NCBI GenBank assembly: GCA_030704615.1
Contig: CM060732.1
Span: 7,750,001 to 7,814,000, forward strand
From: Takakia lepidozioides
Taxonomy: Eukaryota > Plantae > Bryophyta
Length of the DNA: 64,000 nucleotides
Reading direction: 5' to 3'
A program made the position numbers and the translations under genes. Every line of letters starts with the position of its first letter. The stretch's first letter is position 1. The notes beneath the pieces were generated by a model. The model was not told where the DNA came from and did no database searches. It was given only the letters and a program-made list of their open reading frames with translations. This document shows positions 34,861 through 48,544 of this stretch, piece after piece.

Positions 34861-36229
34861 GCAACCTACATCGAGGAGGGACCCAACAAGCCTGACTGGT
34901 ATGTGCTTGTAAATGAATTTGATATCTAGCCTTGTGATCTCAGATTAGAAGATGACTATTGAAACTTTGGTTTGAGCAATGGTAGATATACTTTATTCTG
35001 ATTATAAGCTTTCTCCATGGACTTGGATCTGTACTTGACAATGAGTGGGTGAGCGCACGCTCGAAGGTTTATGGCGAAGAACCCATCAGGCCTGATACCA
35101 GTTCTGCGTGATGGTGACATTTGGATTCAAAACTCCGATAAGATTGCTGACTACCTTGAGAAGAATTTCCCCGATACTTCCCTCAAGACGCCTTCTGAAT
35201 ACAAACAAGTGTAATTTGCTTGACCACCGTTGATACTAGTTGCCATTTCATAGTCGGTGCAAAATATCTTTTGAGGAGTAATATGCTTCCAAGTTCTTAG
35301 ATGAAGGACTTCTGTAGACTTTACTTAAAAATAAGGTTCAACAGCATAGTAGATCATGACTTCGATCAATTGCGAAATTTCAAGTAAAATACAGTGTTCT
35401 AACATGTTCATTATCCATGGACGATGTTTGTAGTGGAGGAGGTATATTCCAGGCTTTCACAAGTTGGCTGAAGTGCAAGAATGTGGATGATAATTCCAAT
35501 GAGGAGGTGTTGAAGCAGTTGTCTGCACTCGACCAGCATCTCAGCCAACATGTACGTAACCCCTTGCAACTTCCTCTCCCCCCACCACCTTACATTTTTT
35601 TACGGGAATTTCTCTAGAGCCCTGTGTCTCGGGGTACTACTAGTTTTGGCGAGATAGAAATTGAACTCCTCAAAATTTCAACGTTTTATATCCTGTGGCC
35701 GACTACCAGATGTCCAACCTCCTTCGATGTCCTTGGCCTTCCTCATTCACACCGCTCCTACTCTATGTACGCAAGATAATGGAACTGCATCTCTACACAG
35801 GGTCCTTTCATTGCTGGAGAGCAACCAACCGACTCGGATTATGCACTCATTCCAAAGTTACATCACATGCGCGTCGAGTTAGATCATTACTACGGATTCA
35901 AAATTCCTAAGGAATATTCTCACGTCCACAAGTACATTGAGGTAATTTGAACTCTCTCACCTCAACTTCTTCACGTCCTTCTCTAAATTTCGCAGCTATC
36001 GAAATTGTGACAGATCAGAACTAACAAGCCACGTAGCCTTGTGTAAAATTCCCTTAAACAAAGTGGGAAAAGGAGAGCTGTCGCTATGCTTAATCCCTGA
36101 TGGCGGAAACAACATGACATGCTATTTAACAAAAATCTGTGCAGCTGGAGTCTCGCCCAAGTTTTTGAACAGAGTGGGAGAAACTTGTGATAATGTGGTG
36201 TGCACGACCGTTCATCTACTGGAGTGCTA

Positions 36230-36492
36230 GACCCTCAAGAGACTCACTCCAGTAGCGGATTGGCGAGCGGACTTACCTTGACGAGCGGACTGACTGGCGA
36301 GGACTGACTGGCGAGCATACTGACCAATGGACTCCAATTGGCGAGCGCCTAACTCCAACCTTCAGACCCTCCTCAAACAAAATATATATTTATAATTAAC
36401 ACACATTACCACCTGCCAAGATCTGAACAGCACACCTTACGTTTATCACAAGTTGCTCTTCACCACCACACTAGCCGCTGCTTTCTGCAAAC
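36230..36492. repeat. ~270-bp dispersed direct repeat (second copy ~42105-42380)
   Basis: Shared (GGCGAGCGGACTGACT)n microrepeats and CTCCAACCTTCA...CTCAAACAAAATAT...ACACTAGCC.CTGCTTTCTGCAAAC. Confidence 0.75.
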
Positions 36493-38760
36493 ATTTAACA
36501 TAATTAATTATCTATCTACATATTTCAAGTGTTTTGTGGGCCCAACAGACTCGCTCCCCCCTCTCGCTTCCCTGCGCGCATCCTGGGGCGGCTCACCTTA
36601 GCAGACTGAACCAGCCGGGTAGGGGTTGCCCCACCCTACGCAACCCCTGTGCCACCCGCGGGCCCCGCCACAAACATACGTGCCCGCATTCAAATCGCAA
36701 TTATCAAACAATGAGAAGTGGTCAATACTCCTTCCTTGAATTCTATAATAACATTCTACATTTCTTTTTAAAAACAAATAAAGGGGGTGAAGCGTACATT
36801 CGCGTTGTTAACAGGGTATAACTCCCATAGTCTCCAGGGCAAAGCCATAGTTCAGGCACTTTGGTAAATACAAGAGTTCTAATGATAGATGAGACAATTG
36901 AGTTTTTTAAACATTTGTGCAAAGCTTTTCTTGGGCTGCAGCAGATTTGAAAGGCCCAGAAACAAAATCTGCAACCCCATTCTTTCCCAGCCTACACCAT
37001 GACAGACAAGCAAATGTGCAAGTGAGACGCTCACTTATCAAAAACTACTACCTGCCAGAGAAGTCTCGTGAAAATGGGCATATATTCTTGCTAATATTCA
37101 CATAGCAAGGTCTCTGCACCCGTCTGAAGACATTCTTTGTTTGGTTGAAAAATGCCAGCTCTCAGTGGGTTTTTTTCCCTGCAGCCTCCAGGGAAACATT
37201 CTTCAAATCTACAAACCAACCTACTGAAAGGCAGCCATTGCCAACTCACCTTCCAAGTGTCTGCTCTTACACAAATATGGAAGCAACTTTTGATGCAAAC
37301 TTACTTCAAAAAGTTCTGTGATGATTTTCATCAGATCCTTACTCCTCTCTCCCCTTGACATCCATAGCAGCTAAACTCCAGGCAAACAAACATAGTCAAA
37401 ATTGATAGGCTTCCTCCTATTCTGTACACTTATACAATCTCATCCGGAAATACCTCTTTGTACAGTAATCAACCACTACCACTAAGACTCCCTTCCATAA
37501 AAATTCTGAAGAAACTGGCACAATAATCCATGGCAATACCCACTCTAGCTAAATTCCAAGCTAACACATTCCGGATATTTCCTCCTCATTTGAAATCCAA
37601 AAAAAGCTCCAAGGTAGACTCTACATTGTCAATCGCACATGCTGACTGGCTGATCCTATTGCACTTACAAATGCAACATCACCATTTAATAGATGATGTG
37701 TGTGAATTATACAGTCCACTGGACCTCAATGTTACCAATATGTATCCAAAGTGACACAAAGCAAACTTTTAAGAGCTTGCTGCACTAATCTTAATCTTCA
37801 GAACATTTTTAGGAACAATAAAAAGCCAGTTGTCCTTCTAATAAAAACTAATAATAAAAAATAAGTACCAAAAATATTTCGGTAGCAATTTAATGGAAAT
37901 TTTATTATTTCAAAATTTTGCAATATCATTTCCATTCAAAGCACTTGCAATACACAGTTGAGAACCAGATTGCAAATGGGCAATCAAAGTGCTGTCGTGG
38001 TAGTTCAAGTAGTCACCATCTGAGTTCCACCTGCAGCTTATGCTTTGGGTGGAAACGTCAGACTCTTAACAAGACTCATGATTTCCTCTTAACAGGAGCC
38101 AAGTCCTTGGGGCGAGTGACCAAATACACTCGCCCATATGCCCACAGCTGCCTGGGCTGTGAAACAGACCGCTGCAAAACAAATAAAAATGGGTTATTCC
38201 TTGGACTAGGAATAGTGACACAGTGTGCTGCCTGAAATCCTTCTCCCTATATACATATACTCACTATTGACTTTTTTCAATTCCCCAGGTCTGGACTATT
38301 CTACAGGTAAGGAGGAAAGCTGACAAACAGAAAGAGCACCCTACTGTCCAAACAGGCTATATCTATATTCTGGGAAGGCGCACCAACCTCTTCCGATTAT
38401 CATTGTGGATACTCAAGGTGGTTAAATACTGAATTACTACTCCTGTATCGTCCTATTATGACAGTGATTAGCCACACCATAGGTTTTAGTGGTGCCAGAT
38501 AGAGCCAACCCCCAACAGGGCAGTACTCCGTTTGCCAGAGGAAGGGCTCTAGCTTCGACCAGATTCTTCTCTCTCTCTGCCTTTGGAAGCTAAGCTAATT
38601 TGAGCACCTGAGCGATTCTCTCAGATGCTGGTTCCCAGAGTATCCACACATGCCTTCAAACCCTAAGAGGTTGACAGCGATTTGATTCGTTATAACCCTC
38701 TCAAAAGCTTGCTAATTAGCCCGCTGGGAAAGGTAGTGTGAGCAAGTGAGGCTGAAGTCT

Positions 38761-39108
38761 TTCTCCCACTTTTGGAGACAGCATTGCATTCAGAAGCATT
38801 ACCATGGCACAGCATCAGAACAAACATATCCTCACCCTCAAGCCTACTCTTCATTCAAACTTCAGCCTCACATCCATTCTCCCAATTTTGGAGACAGCAT
38901 TGCATTCAGAAGCATTACCATGGCACAGCATCAGAACAAACATATCCTCACCCTCAAGCCTACTCGTCATTCAAACTTCAGCCTCACATCCATTCTCCCA
39001 CTTTTGGAGACAGCATTGCATTCAGAGGCATTACCATGGCACAGCATCAGAACAAACATATCCTCACCCTCAAGCCTACTCTGCATTCAAACTTCAGCCT
39101 CACATCCA
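38761..39108. repeat. Tandem repeat, 3 x 116 bp
   Basis: Near-identical units start at 38761, 38877, 38993. Confidence 0.95.
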
Positions 39109-42100
39109 GGCTCAATTAGGCCTGACTTGTTCACTGAAGGATGAGAAGAAGTTCTCAGAAAGGGGACGGGCAGAGCCGAAAAGACGGACAGGCTGTATCT
39201 GTGACATAGTTTCAGTGGTACTCAGCCAGTGTCCTCCAAAATACTAATCGACAGCAGAAGACCTAAAATGCCTTCATTGCAACTGGGAAAGGAAGCCAAC
39301 CTCCACATTGGCGTGAAAGACAAGAGGATGTTCACATACGTGGCATTCAGTCTTATGCCTTGGATTCACTGATTCATCTGCTCTAACAAAAGCATACACC
39401 TGCCAGGTGACAGCAGGACAAAAAAGTGCAGTCAAGGAATGAATGAAGGAATGTATGCTATCAATTCCAACTGATAGTAACTTGATGTATTAGCCAGGGC
39501 CCACACCTCACCAGAAAGAGGGCTGAAAAAATGAAGTATCAGTGCAGACATTCCCTAAGCAGGCAGAAACTGTCAGAATATGGTTACCTCCTCTGCACAA
39601 TTCGGGCAGCAGCCTTTAAGTGCTACCAAATCACCTCTCCAAAGTCCCTTCAACTGTTGGGCTAGAAATCCCCACCCAAAGGCAAATAGAAATGACAGGG
39701 AGTGAGTCCAATCGCAGTAGTCAAATAAAAGGGGAGTTTTTCTATTATTGTCCACGAGCACATACATCGGTGGGGTAAGAAGAGAAAATCATGCCAGCAG
39801 TGGACACTCCAATAAAGCTCAACTCTAAGAAAGCAGTGCGTAGAAGGTCTACCTGCAGCCACGGCAACAGGAAGCCCAATCGTGAAACCCATTCCAATTG
39901 CAAGCATCCCATTAGCTGCTGTGATTGCCTCTGACAATAGAGACACCCCATGAGACTGAAACCGCAGGTGCACCGCATCTTGGCATGCCTTGGTGATGGC
40001 GCAGGCAGGTGGACCTGCAGCAACTCCCACTCCAAAGGAGAGCAGAACACTCCACACACTTGCTAGGGCCCACATCTGTGATGGGTCCACCTGTTCCCCA
40101 TCCCTCCAAGTTGCACGCTCCCTCAGAGACAATCGTGATGTCTGATGCTTTTTCACATCTAGCCATCCCTGTACCTTCCCCTTCTCCCTCCTTCTGGATC
40201 TTTCCACAAACGCTAGACAAGCATGCATGACAAGTACATATCATCCCTTACTTTGTCCAGGAAGTAACCCACCATTTGTGGGGGCTGATCAGCTGAGTGT
40301 GCAGGATGGGCCTAATTCCCCAAAGATTTGCCATCTGCTGAATCTCCTCTCACCCTAACCCTCCAGCCCTCAGCCGGATTTGAAAGGACAACAGACCTAG
40401 AACCCAAGCTCAAAGACAAAAATAGTGACTGGGCTTACCTCGGCATCCGCATAGGCAGAGAAGCGCCTCAGGCTGCATCGGGGATACTTCAGGACCAGTT
40501 TGGAGCCATGCCACCGCAACCGAGTCTGCCCACCCAACCAAACCCTTACTCAGCAAAAACGCTCATTCATCTTCCAATACTCTACAATTGCCCCCCAACA
40601 GAATGTGGTGTGGAACAGGACCGTCAAAGGCATACCTCCACCTTGTCAAACATATCATCAACTATAAGTGGCCGACCGCTGTAATATGAATCTCGTGCCT
40701 GCATACCCATCATAAGACCCTCCAGCGAAATATGATTTAGTACATCCGGAGAAGGGAAGAAATGCCAAAAAAAAATCTCTAATTAGAGGAGAACAGGAAA
40801 GTAAGAACTCTTGTTAGGTTCATATTGGCCAAATAGGTGAACACAATGGCCTAGCATAAATTTAGTTACCAATTTCGATAGTTCCTTGATTGCAGAGTGG
40901 TTGCATCTCAGAATATCGCTTTTAGTGTAAAAAAGAGTGAACTCCTCATCAGAGAACGAAGTGAGTAGAGAATAACCCATGGTTGGCATAGCCTGGGTAT
41001 ATTCTTTCCCAACTGAAGGAGAGACAGCTCTCTCACACGGAGGAGCTGGGTGGGCGTCTAACATAGAAGGTCTGTGACCTGGTTGGAGTGCCTGTGGGGC
41101 ACAACAGCAGGGTCAAAGACAACCCGCATGACTAGTAGGGAAGCTGAACCTCCAAGGTTCAGTGCAGGCTCTCAATCCACATGCTTCCTCAACCCACATC
41201 AAGGAACAAAAAAGAAACTCTCCGCTGCAGAAAATTCGACAGCTGTGTTCTACCATCATCCAACGCCAGAGAAAGAAAGCACCTGTTCATAAAGGGCCTC
41301 AAGGCGTGCTTTCTCGGCAGTCTCAACTGGCCCCACAAAAATACACGACGGGCCCTCGCTGCAGACTTGGTGTTGCTGTCCCAATACTGCTGCTTGCTGA
41401 AAGGTCCAGCCACCAGCCAAAGCTGTGGCCCTCCAGAACCCATTTCTTTGAAACCTTCCTTCTCTCTCCACCCAGCCCGTATCCCTATCCCGCCCCTGTC
41501 TCCAAGCACCTCGTTCCGCTCCTTGCCATCTCTTTGACGTACTTGTACAATTGGCATGCCACACACATGAGCAGCTTCTACCCTTTGTTGAAAAAGTCGT
41601 CGATTTATCGACGATGCGATGGTTCCCTCTGCTTTTTGCAATTCCATAATTGCACACCAGCGACGCTTCAGCCCTTGAGATAGAGCACTTTAGCTTTCTC
41701 TCAAGCTGCCAGAGCCCTATCCCCCCGAGTTCTCCACCACTGCTCCCTGACCAGCTGTGCGCGGTGAACAACTGAGATTCTACTGCCATTGAACCTGCTA
41801 CCAAGTAAGCAACTCCGTCTGGATCCACTTGGAGCTCGCAGCTAACATCTGTCAAATTGCAGCTTCTTCATGCTTTGCTGAAGACTGACATCTGCTAGAC
41901 ATCCTACCTTCTCTCTAAACACCTTCTGGGTAGTAAAAGCCTCTCATTTTTTAATAATTGGGACTTGAATGCACCTATGGGCCCCGCCAGTACTGCCCAT
42001 GGGGTGAGCTCATGAACCCACCCCACTTTCACCGGGTCTAGATTCTGAATTTTTTCCAAGTCCTAGATCTTTAACGGCGGCGGACCTTCTAGCGGACTGG

Positions 42101-42695
42101 CCAAACCCTCAACAGACTGACTCCAACTGGCGATCGGACTGGCGAGCGGACTCACCAGCAGACTGGCGATTGATGAGCGAATTGACGAGCGGACTGACCA
42201 ACAACGGACTCCAACTGCGAGCGCCTAACTCCAACCTTCATACCTTCCTCAAACAAAATATGTATTTATAATTAACACACATTACCGCCGCAATGTCACC
42301 TGCCAGGATTTGAACAACAGACCTCACGTTCATCACAAGTTGATCTTTACCAACACACTAGCCACTGCTTTCTGCAAACCCCTGAAATAACCAGGGCTTC
42401 GCGTTGCTCCGCACTACTAGCGCCGTATTCTGAGAACTACGTTCAATTTGCACAAGAAGGGCGGGGTCATCCGCGGGGTGTTACATACACACATCCCGTG
42501 TTTCATCGTTTCGCGCAAGAAGAATGACGGAGTGTTGCCGAAGCTATCACGTCTCAACATTTCATTGTTTGATGCAGATAAAATTATTCTTCCATAGATG
42601 CTTTGTTTGAACTATACAATATATTTACTACCATAGGTGCCCAATGATGTGTTCAGACTTTTATGACAAAATAGTTATTTTTTATTATTTATCAC

Positions 42696-42890
42696 GCCCC
42701 TTGATAGTGAGAGAAGAAAATAACCTCTTTCACAGTAACCTCGTCGTGAAGGCTTTCTGATGGGACATTGGCCAAGGGAAGTGGGAGAAGAGCATACCAC
42801 ACCCGTCAAGTAGTAGGATTTGATCCCAGAATCATCTGGGTGGCACACCAACCAACGGGGAGAACCGGCAGCCAGTTACATGCTAGCCGA
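42696..42890 (-). mobile_element. SINE-like copy related to 55553-55729
   Basis: Shares CCCCTT..TAGTGAGA..AGAAAATAACCTCTTT and ACCCGTCA.GTAG...ATTTGA.CCC.GAA.CATCTGGGTGGCAC with the 55.6-kb copy. Confidence 0.45.
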
Positions 42891-43455
42891 CTGAATTCCA
42901 GAATTTCCGAATGAAATATGAAACCTCAGGAAATGGATTCGAGGGAAAAAATGGCCAAAGCGGAAGGGGTGCCCTACTTTTAGGAAGGATATTTGCCTTT
43001 CCATTTCATTACAGACAGGAAATCTGCCTTAGTTGGCAAGGCCTGGACGGATTCCGGCCCTTCTTATATTACAAAAAACGGAAATGGCCGTCGAAGTCTG
43101 CCACGTGGCAGAAATCCAACGTGCCAGGCCGGGTTACATCCGAGGAAGGACGTTTAGGTGAAAAAATATTGAACTCAAGAGGGCGGGGCCCGCGGGCAAA
43201 CCCTACTAAGTATGGACGTTGCTCTCGCAGCCCCCAGCCCCACGCCTGCTTACACTCCTGCCTGCTATCACAGCTCACATGTCCATGCGGGTTCAATTCT
43301 TGGCCTCCATGTGGTTTGAAGGCATTGACAGGTCCAACTTCTATAAGGATACAATGTTCTTCACTTGTTTGAATTGCTTAAAACTGGTTGTGATTATTTA
43401 TTTATTTATTATTATTTACTTATTGTTGTGCATTTGACACTTGTGTTGTCAACCG

Positions 43456-46400
43456 TTTTTTTTTTTTTTTTCGGTTAACCGAACAGGGGGCGAGGCCCTG
43501 ATATAGCTTTTATTGATAAGATTATTGAAGGGAAAAAATAAAACCCATTAAGTGCCCGAAGGCTGCCATAAGGCTGATCTCACGGTTTGTCGTGCTGCAT
43601 AACTCTCGAACAGTGAACGCATTACTGGGTACTTGTTTGATCCCTGAAAATAACCTCTCTCTCACAGCGAAAGGAATCCTACCAATAAACTGGCATTTCA
43701 TGAAAATTACATGGTTTTGAACCAGAAAGAAGATGCTTATGGTATCAAGACCGAAAGAGAGTAGATGAGAAAAGATGAGAGGGCAGGCGATTGGAGGTGG
43801 CGAGAGAGGAAGGACCGCCAAGGAGGAGCTCAAGTGGAAGGTATCGATGGCCCTAGCTAAGCACCGAAGACATTCTATCTATGAAAGCAAAGCTTGGCCG
43901 AGGAAGTGGGCCTGATGTGCTTCCAATTGATATCGAATCTTTCAAACTCAGGGGAAGCTGAAGAGCTCGGATCTGAGTCCCTGCCAAGAGTGTGGAACTG
44001 AGTCTGCCCATACACAGGTGAGATCATAAGCGCAGCTACAAATGACCCCATGCTTCCCCCATGTTGTTCGGAAGGCATGGAGGAGGGCTGGCTGACGCTG
44101 CGGCTTCCTGATAGCCTCTGCACACAATGAAGCCCATGCCTTCTTAGCCACTATTGTAAGGTCAAAGAAGACGAGAGAGAGAAGGGCTGTAGGAAATGAG
44201 TTTTCATTGTTGAGGGCCCATGCATACCGGCATTTCCATAAATTTCAAAGAGTGGAGGCCCTTAGGGTCTCGAAGACCGGGCATGAGGAAGCCTGGGATT
44301 TCTGAGCTTGATCATAGTTAAGCAAGATTTGCACAGGGGAGTCCGGCAAGAGGTCCCAATTCCTGTAGAAGTCCTTCACTAGCGGCCAGATGGCAGTGGG
44401 AGCTTTACAGTAGATGAGGCAGTGCTCCAAGGTTTCGATGGTACCTATCGAGCAGCATTGGCATAGAAGGGCCTCTGCAAAGTTGAGGAATTGGCCTATT
44501 TTGAGGACTCGGTTGGCCACCTGCCAAAGGAAAGCGCTAATCTTGGCTGGTTTTGATTTCTCCCATATTAAAGCCCAAATACACTTCCAGTTCTCATCAG
44601 CAAAATTTCCGTGCCCCCATTTATTATTCCATTTGGCATACAAGGGAGCAGCCCCCAATAGGGCCCTGTACGCTCTTTTGGCCGTGTATGCAAAGAAGGG
44701 TAGGAGTTCATCTTTGAAGAGCCATTTCCATTCTGCAGGGTCAATTTGCAGAGTGGAAATCTGAGACCCTTCTATGAGAGCAAAAGAACTTTGTTGCAGC
44801 CATGGAATGATGGGAGAGCCCATAGGAGCTTGAGGGTTGAATTGTTTGGATGGGTCAGACCAGTGGCACATCCGGACTGGTGATCAAGAGGCAGCGGGTA
44901 AAGAAACTGTCTGCTGGGAGGAAAGATAGAGCAAACCAGAGAAATCGTCAGCCTGGAATTGATAACAAGACACCTGTAACCCTGAGGAGGCAGTGAGGTA
45001 GAGGACATGGAGGTTCTGGAAGTTAGAGAGAACCCAACGGTGGGGAGAAGGAGGGCCGGGGCCGCCTGCAAGAATAAGCTTCCACGAATCCGGAATGGAT
45101 GGAATGATATCAGTTGTGCCTGATTGAAGGCGTCGGGAACCCAGAGCTTGTTGGAGGGACTGGGGTGTACTATCCCAAAGATTTTTGACAGTGGAGACTC
45201 CTCTTGAATCCCAACCTGCCCATCTTCTGGCTCGTTCTTTTTCCTCTCGGGAGGGATTGTTGGAGTTAAGGAAAAGGTGTTGTCTCAAAACCTCGTGAAA
45301 TGAAGTTGGCTCCTGCTTCCTCAGGAAGGGTCTGAAGTAGTTCTAGGCCTTCCAAATGGAGTTCCAAAGTGGGGAGCCCAGAGCTTTGTGGTTAAAGCCT
45401 TGCAGTATCCAACGGGAAGAAGGCGCCCAGGCCGTGCTTTGCATAGGTAAGGATTCCGAGATGGAAACTCCAACCACGAGTTTCCACCAACCACCTTCTG
45501 GTCCCACATATCTTGGAAGCCATTTACCAAGTAAGGCTTTGATCTGAGTTTCAGGATCTAGAACCCCTAGGCCCCCTTGTTTTTTGGGGAGACATATTTG
45601 GTGCCAAGAGACTTGGGGTCTCATGTCTTGCTCAGATGAGTTTGCTCCCCAGATGAAGTTCCTGGCAATTCTTTTTACATATTGAGAGTCTTTGAGTTTG
45701 GCCCCCAGGCTGCAGCAAAGAACCAAATTCCTGCTTCAAGGATCTGATTCACAGTAAGCGCCCTTCCAGTGATGGAGAGGAATCGAGAGCCCCAATATGT
45801 CATCTGCTTTTTGAGCCTCTGGATTATTGGGCCAAAACGCTGGTCTTCGGTAAGGTTAATACCAAAGATATGGCCCAGCAAGGTAGTTGTCTCACCTTCA
45901 CGCAACCAGACCAAGGTGGCCCCCCCATGTAGGCACAATGCCAATAGCAGATCTAGATGTATCCCCTACCAGGAGTGCTTTAGTCTTGGACCAATTGATT
46001 TTGAACCCTGAAACCCCACAAAATTGAAGTGTGGTTTCTGCTGCAGCTAGTGTAGATGGGGTGGCTTCCAATAGAAGAAAGGTATCGTCTACGAACATCG
46101 AGTCTTTGATCTGCCTCCAGAGCTGCGTTTTAGGGTTCTGGAGCTTCAGGCCCTTGATAGTGCTATTGGCTTCAAGCATGTAACCTAAGGCATCGGCTAC
46201 AAAGAGAAAGAGGAAGGGGGCCAGTGGACACCCCTGCCTGACAGATCTTTGCAGTTGGAATGGCTTAGAGAGGTAACCATTGATGAGATTTCGGCTGCTG
46301 GCCCCTCTTAGGAGGATTGTCACCCAATGACAGAAGCCCTCAGACAACCCTGCTTTACGAAGAACTGCTATGAGGAACGTCCAGTCCACTCTGTCAAAGG

Positions 46401-47760
46401 CTTTCTCAAAGTCCTGAAGCCATAGAGCCAAGGCTTGGTTTGAATTCATGGCATAAAAATCTGCTTCTTGGGCCAGTAAAACATTGTCTAGGATGTACCT
46501 CCCTTTAATGAATCCTGCCTGCCCTGTTCTGATCATAGCAGGGAGTAGAGGTTGGATGCGCAGGGCAAGGGCTTTGGCAATTAGCTTGTATGCCACATTG
46601 AGCAAGGTTATGGGTCTATAGTTCCCTATGTTAGACCTATCCCCTTTGTTATGACACCATGTGTCATGAAGGCGGGCATGTGGCCAACATATTTGATACC
46701 ATTGGCCATATCACAAAAGTCCTTGGATATAGTGGACCAAAGTGCCTTGAAGAACTCCACTGGCATTCCATCTATCCCAGGAGATTTGTTGATGTTCATA
46801 AGCTTAAGGGCTGCTTCGAGCTCTTTAATAGTGATCTCCTCCGTGAGCAGGATGGAATCAGCTGGTTTGAGCTTTTGAGGAAAATTGTCCAGGCATTGTG
46901 AAAGGCGGTTCTGATAAGAAGGGTCTTTGATGTCTTCTTGAAACAAGGTCTCAAAATGGGTAAAGGCTGCAGCTATCATTTCTTTGGGGTTGGTCGTTTT
47001 GACACCAGCAGAGTTATACAGATCAGCTATGGTGTGAGTGGCTCGGCGGAGTTTCATTTTTTGGAAAAAATATTTGGACATCTTTTCTCCCTTAGTTGAC
47101 CAATTGATTCTTGCTTGCAACTTGATTTTGGCTTCCTGGAGGAGGTAAAAGTTTTCAAGGTTAATGCGTGCTTCCAGGTAAGTCTGATAGGTGTGGTTGT
47201 CACAGGACCTGGACTCCAATTTTTTCTGACAGACACTCGAGCATTTTTTAAGAGCTTGAGCTTTCCTCTTCTGGGAGGCAATAATCTGTCTACTGAGGTT
47301 TTGACTTACTTTGCTGGCAGCTATTAGTTTGGCTTGAAATCTGAGGATGGGACAGACAAGGTGAAGCCCAACAGAGGTCCACGCTTTCTTGATTGCCTCT
47401 AGGAAGAAGGGGATGCAAAGGTGAGAGGAGTTAAGCTTATAGATGCCTCTCCCTCTGGAGTGGGAATTAGGAAGCTTGAGTGTAGCCGAGATCAAAGCAT
47501 GGTCAAAACCTTGGTGGATTGGTTCTTGGTGGTTTTGAAGAGCAAAGGGGGCCAGAGCGAGCGATATATAACAATGATCCAACCTGGCCATACAAAGGTC
47601 TAGAACTGTTCTATTATTTGTCCAAGTGAAGAAGGGGCTTGTGGAGGAGGCAAGGTGTGGGGGCCTATCAATTTCGGCAAGGCTATGGTTTTGGGTGAGG
47701 CTTTGCCAAGCCAAGTCCTCTTCAGCTGAAAGGTGGTGAGAGTTTCGGTTGATATTTATA
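43456..47760 (-). mobile_element. 5'-truncated L1-like LINE (ORF2: endonuclease tail, RT, zf-RVT), frameshifted
   Basis: FTWTN...ARLDH...DHA, KSPGIDGMPVEFF, QDFEKAFDRVDW, SVRQGCPLAP, FVDD, PKKQGGLG, ETLEHCLIYC; poly(A) as T16 at 43456-43471. Confidence 0.93.
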
Positions 47761-47854
47761 AGGGCCGGATTTATAGCTGAACACAAAATAAATCATTAGG
47801 AATATTACCGGTTGTAAAGAATTTATCTCGGAAATTGACCGGGTACAGTTACCA

Positions 47855-47995
47855 CTAAGGGGCAGCAACCGACTGCCCAACCCACTTAGCCGATTGCTGC
47901 TGGGAATGAGCGGCTACTGGCTGGTTCAGCTGAAATTATTTCCCGGACGCTGTGGCACATAGTGCGCTAACCACTTGAGCTACTGACTGTTGGTA
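47855..47995 (-). mobile_element. tRNA-derived SINE-like element
   Basis: Minus head TACCAACAGTCAGTAGCTCAAGTGGTTAG matches the 55729 copy; A-box TAGCTCAAGTGG; B-box degenerate. Confidence 0.4.
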
Positions 47996-48544
47996 ATAGT
48001 TATTGTTTTGAAAATATCAAGTTGCCAGCATCCCAACAATTTTTCAAATCTCAATAAAGTCAATAATAATAATAATAATACCCCTGACCGGGGCGCTGGC
48101 GGTTAAATCTTTTCACAAAATTCGGGTTACCCTTATAGGAAACCACCATACAAAGAGATTAGGCTTACCTTGGAAGAATTCTGGAAACCACAGAAAGGTA
48201 TGTATGCTTGTCATCTTTGTATATTTCAGATATGTTTGTTATATGCTTTGCCTCAGCCTTTTGCAGTTTGCTGTTTGTTCTAATCTAAATTGATACCTTT
48301 ATGGTAGTAGGCGGTATGTGTCTTGTGCTCTTTAAAGGCTCCATTCCATCTTTTGAAAAAACTTGGAGTCCTAACAACTATTTTCATTATAATCTTTGCA
48401 CGAATCAGGACAACACTCGATTTCCATCCACTGGCACCAGAATCAGTCAAAAATCACCCCTTCAGTCAAGTGCAATTATGGGCTGACTTCCCACCTATGC
48501 CGGGTAGACCCCACTATCATTTCATGTGGATATGCACTCAACAG

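Larger units (their letters stand above)
17711..36168 (+). pseudogene. DHAR: DHAR-like glutathione transferase gene disrupted by the Gypsy insertion
   Basis: Removing the Gypsy and one TSD restores QQKKLPYEA|TYIEEGPNKPDW. Later exons: 35067-35210 (FMAKNPSGLIPVLRDGDIWIQNSDKIADYLE), 35434-35551, 35801-35941 (GPFIAGEQPTDSDYALIPKLHH), 36145- (LESRPSF). Confidence 0.85.

Noticed and set aside
38761-39108. Tandem C/D snoRNA cluster or coding repeat
   Set aside because: C-box-like motif is not conserved across units, there is no terminal stem, and 116 bp is not a multiple of 3.
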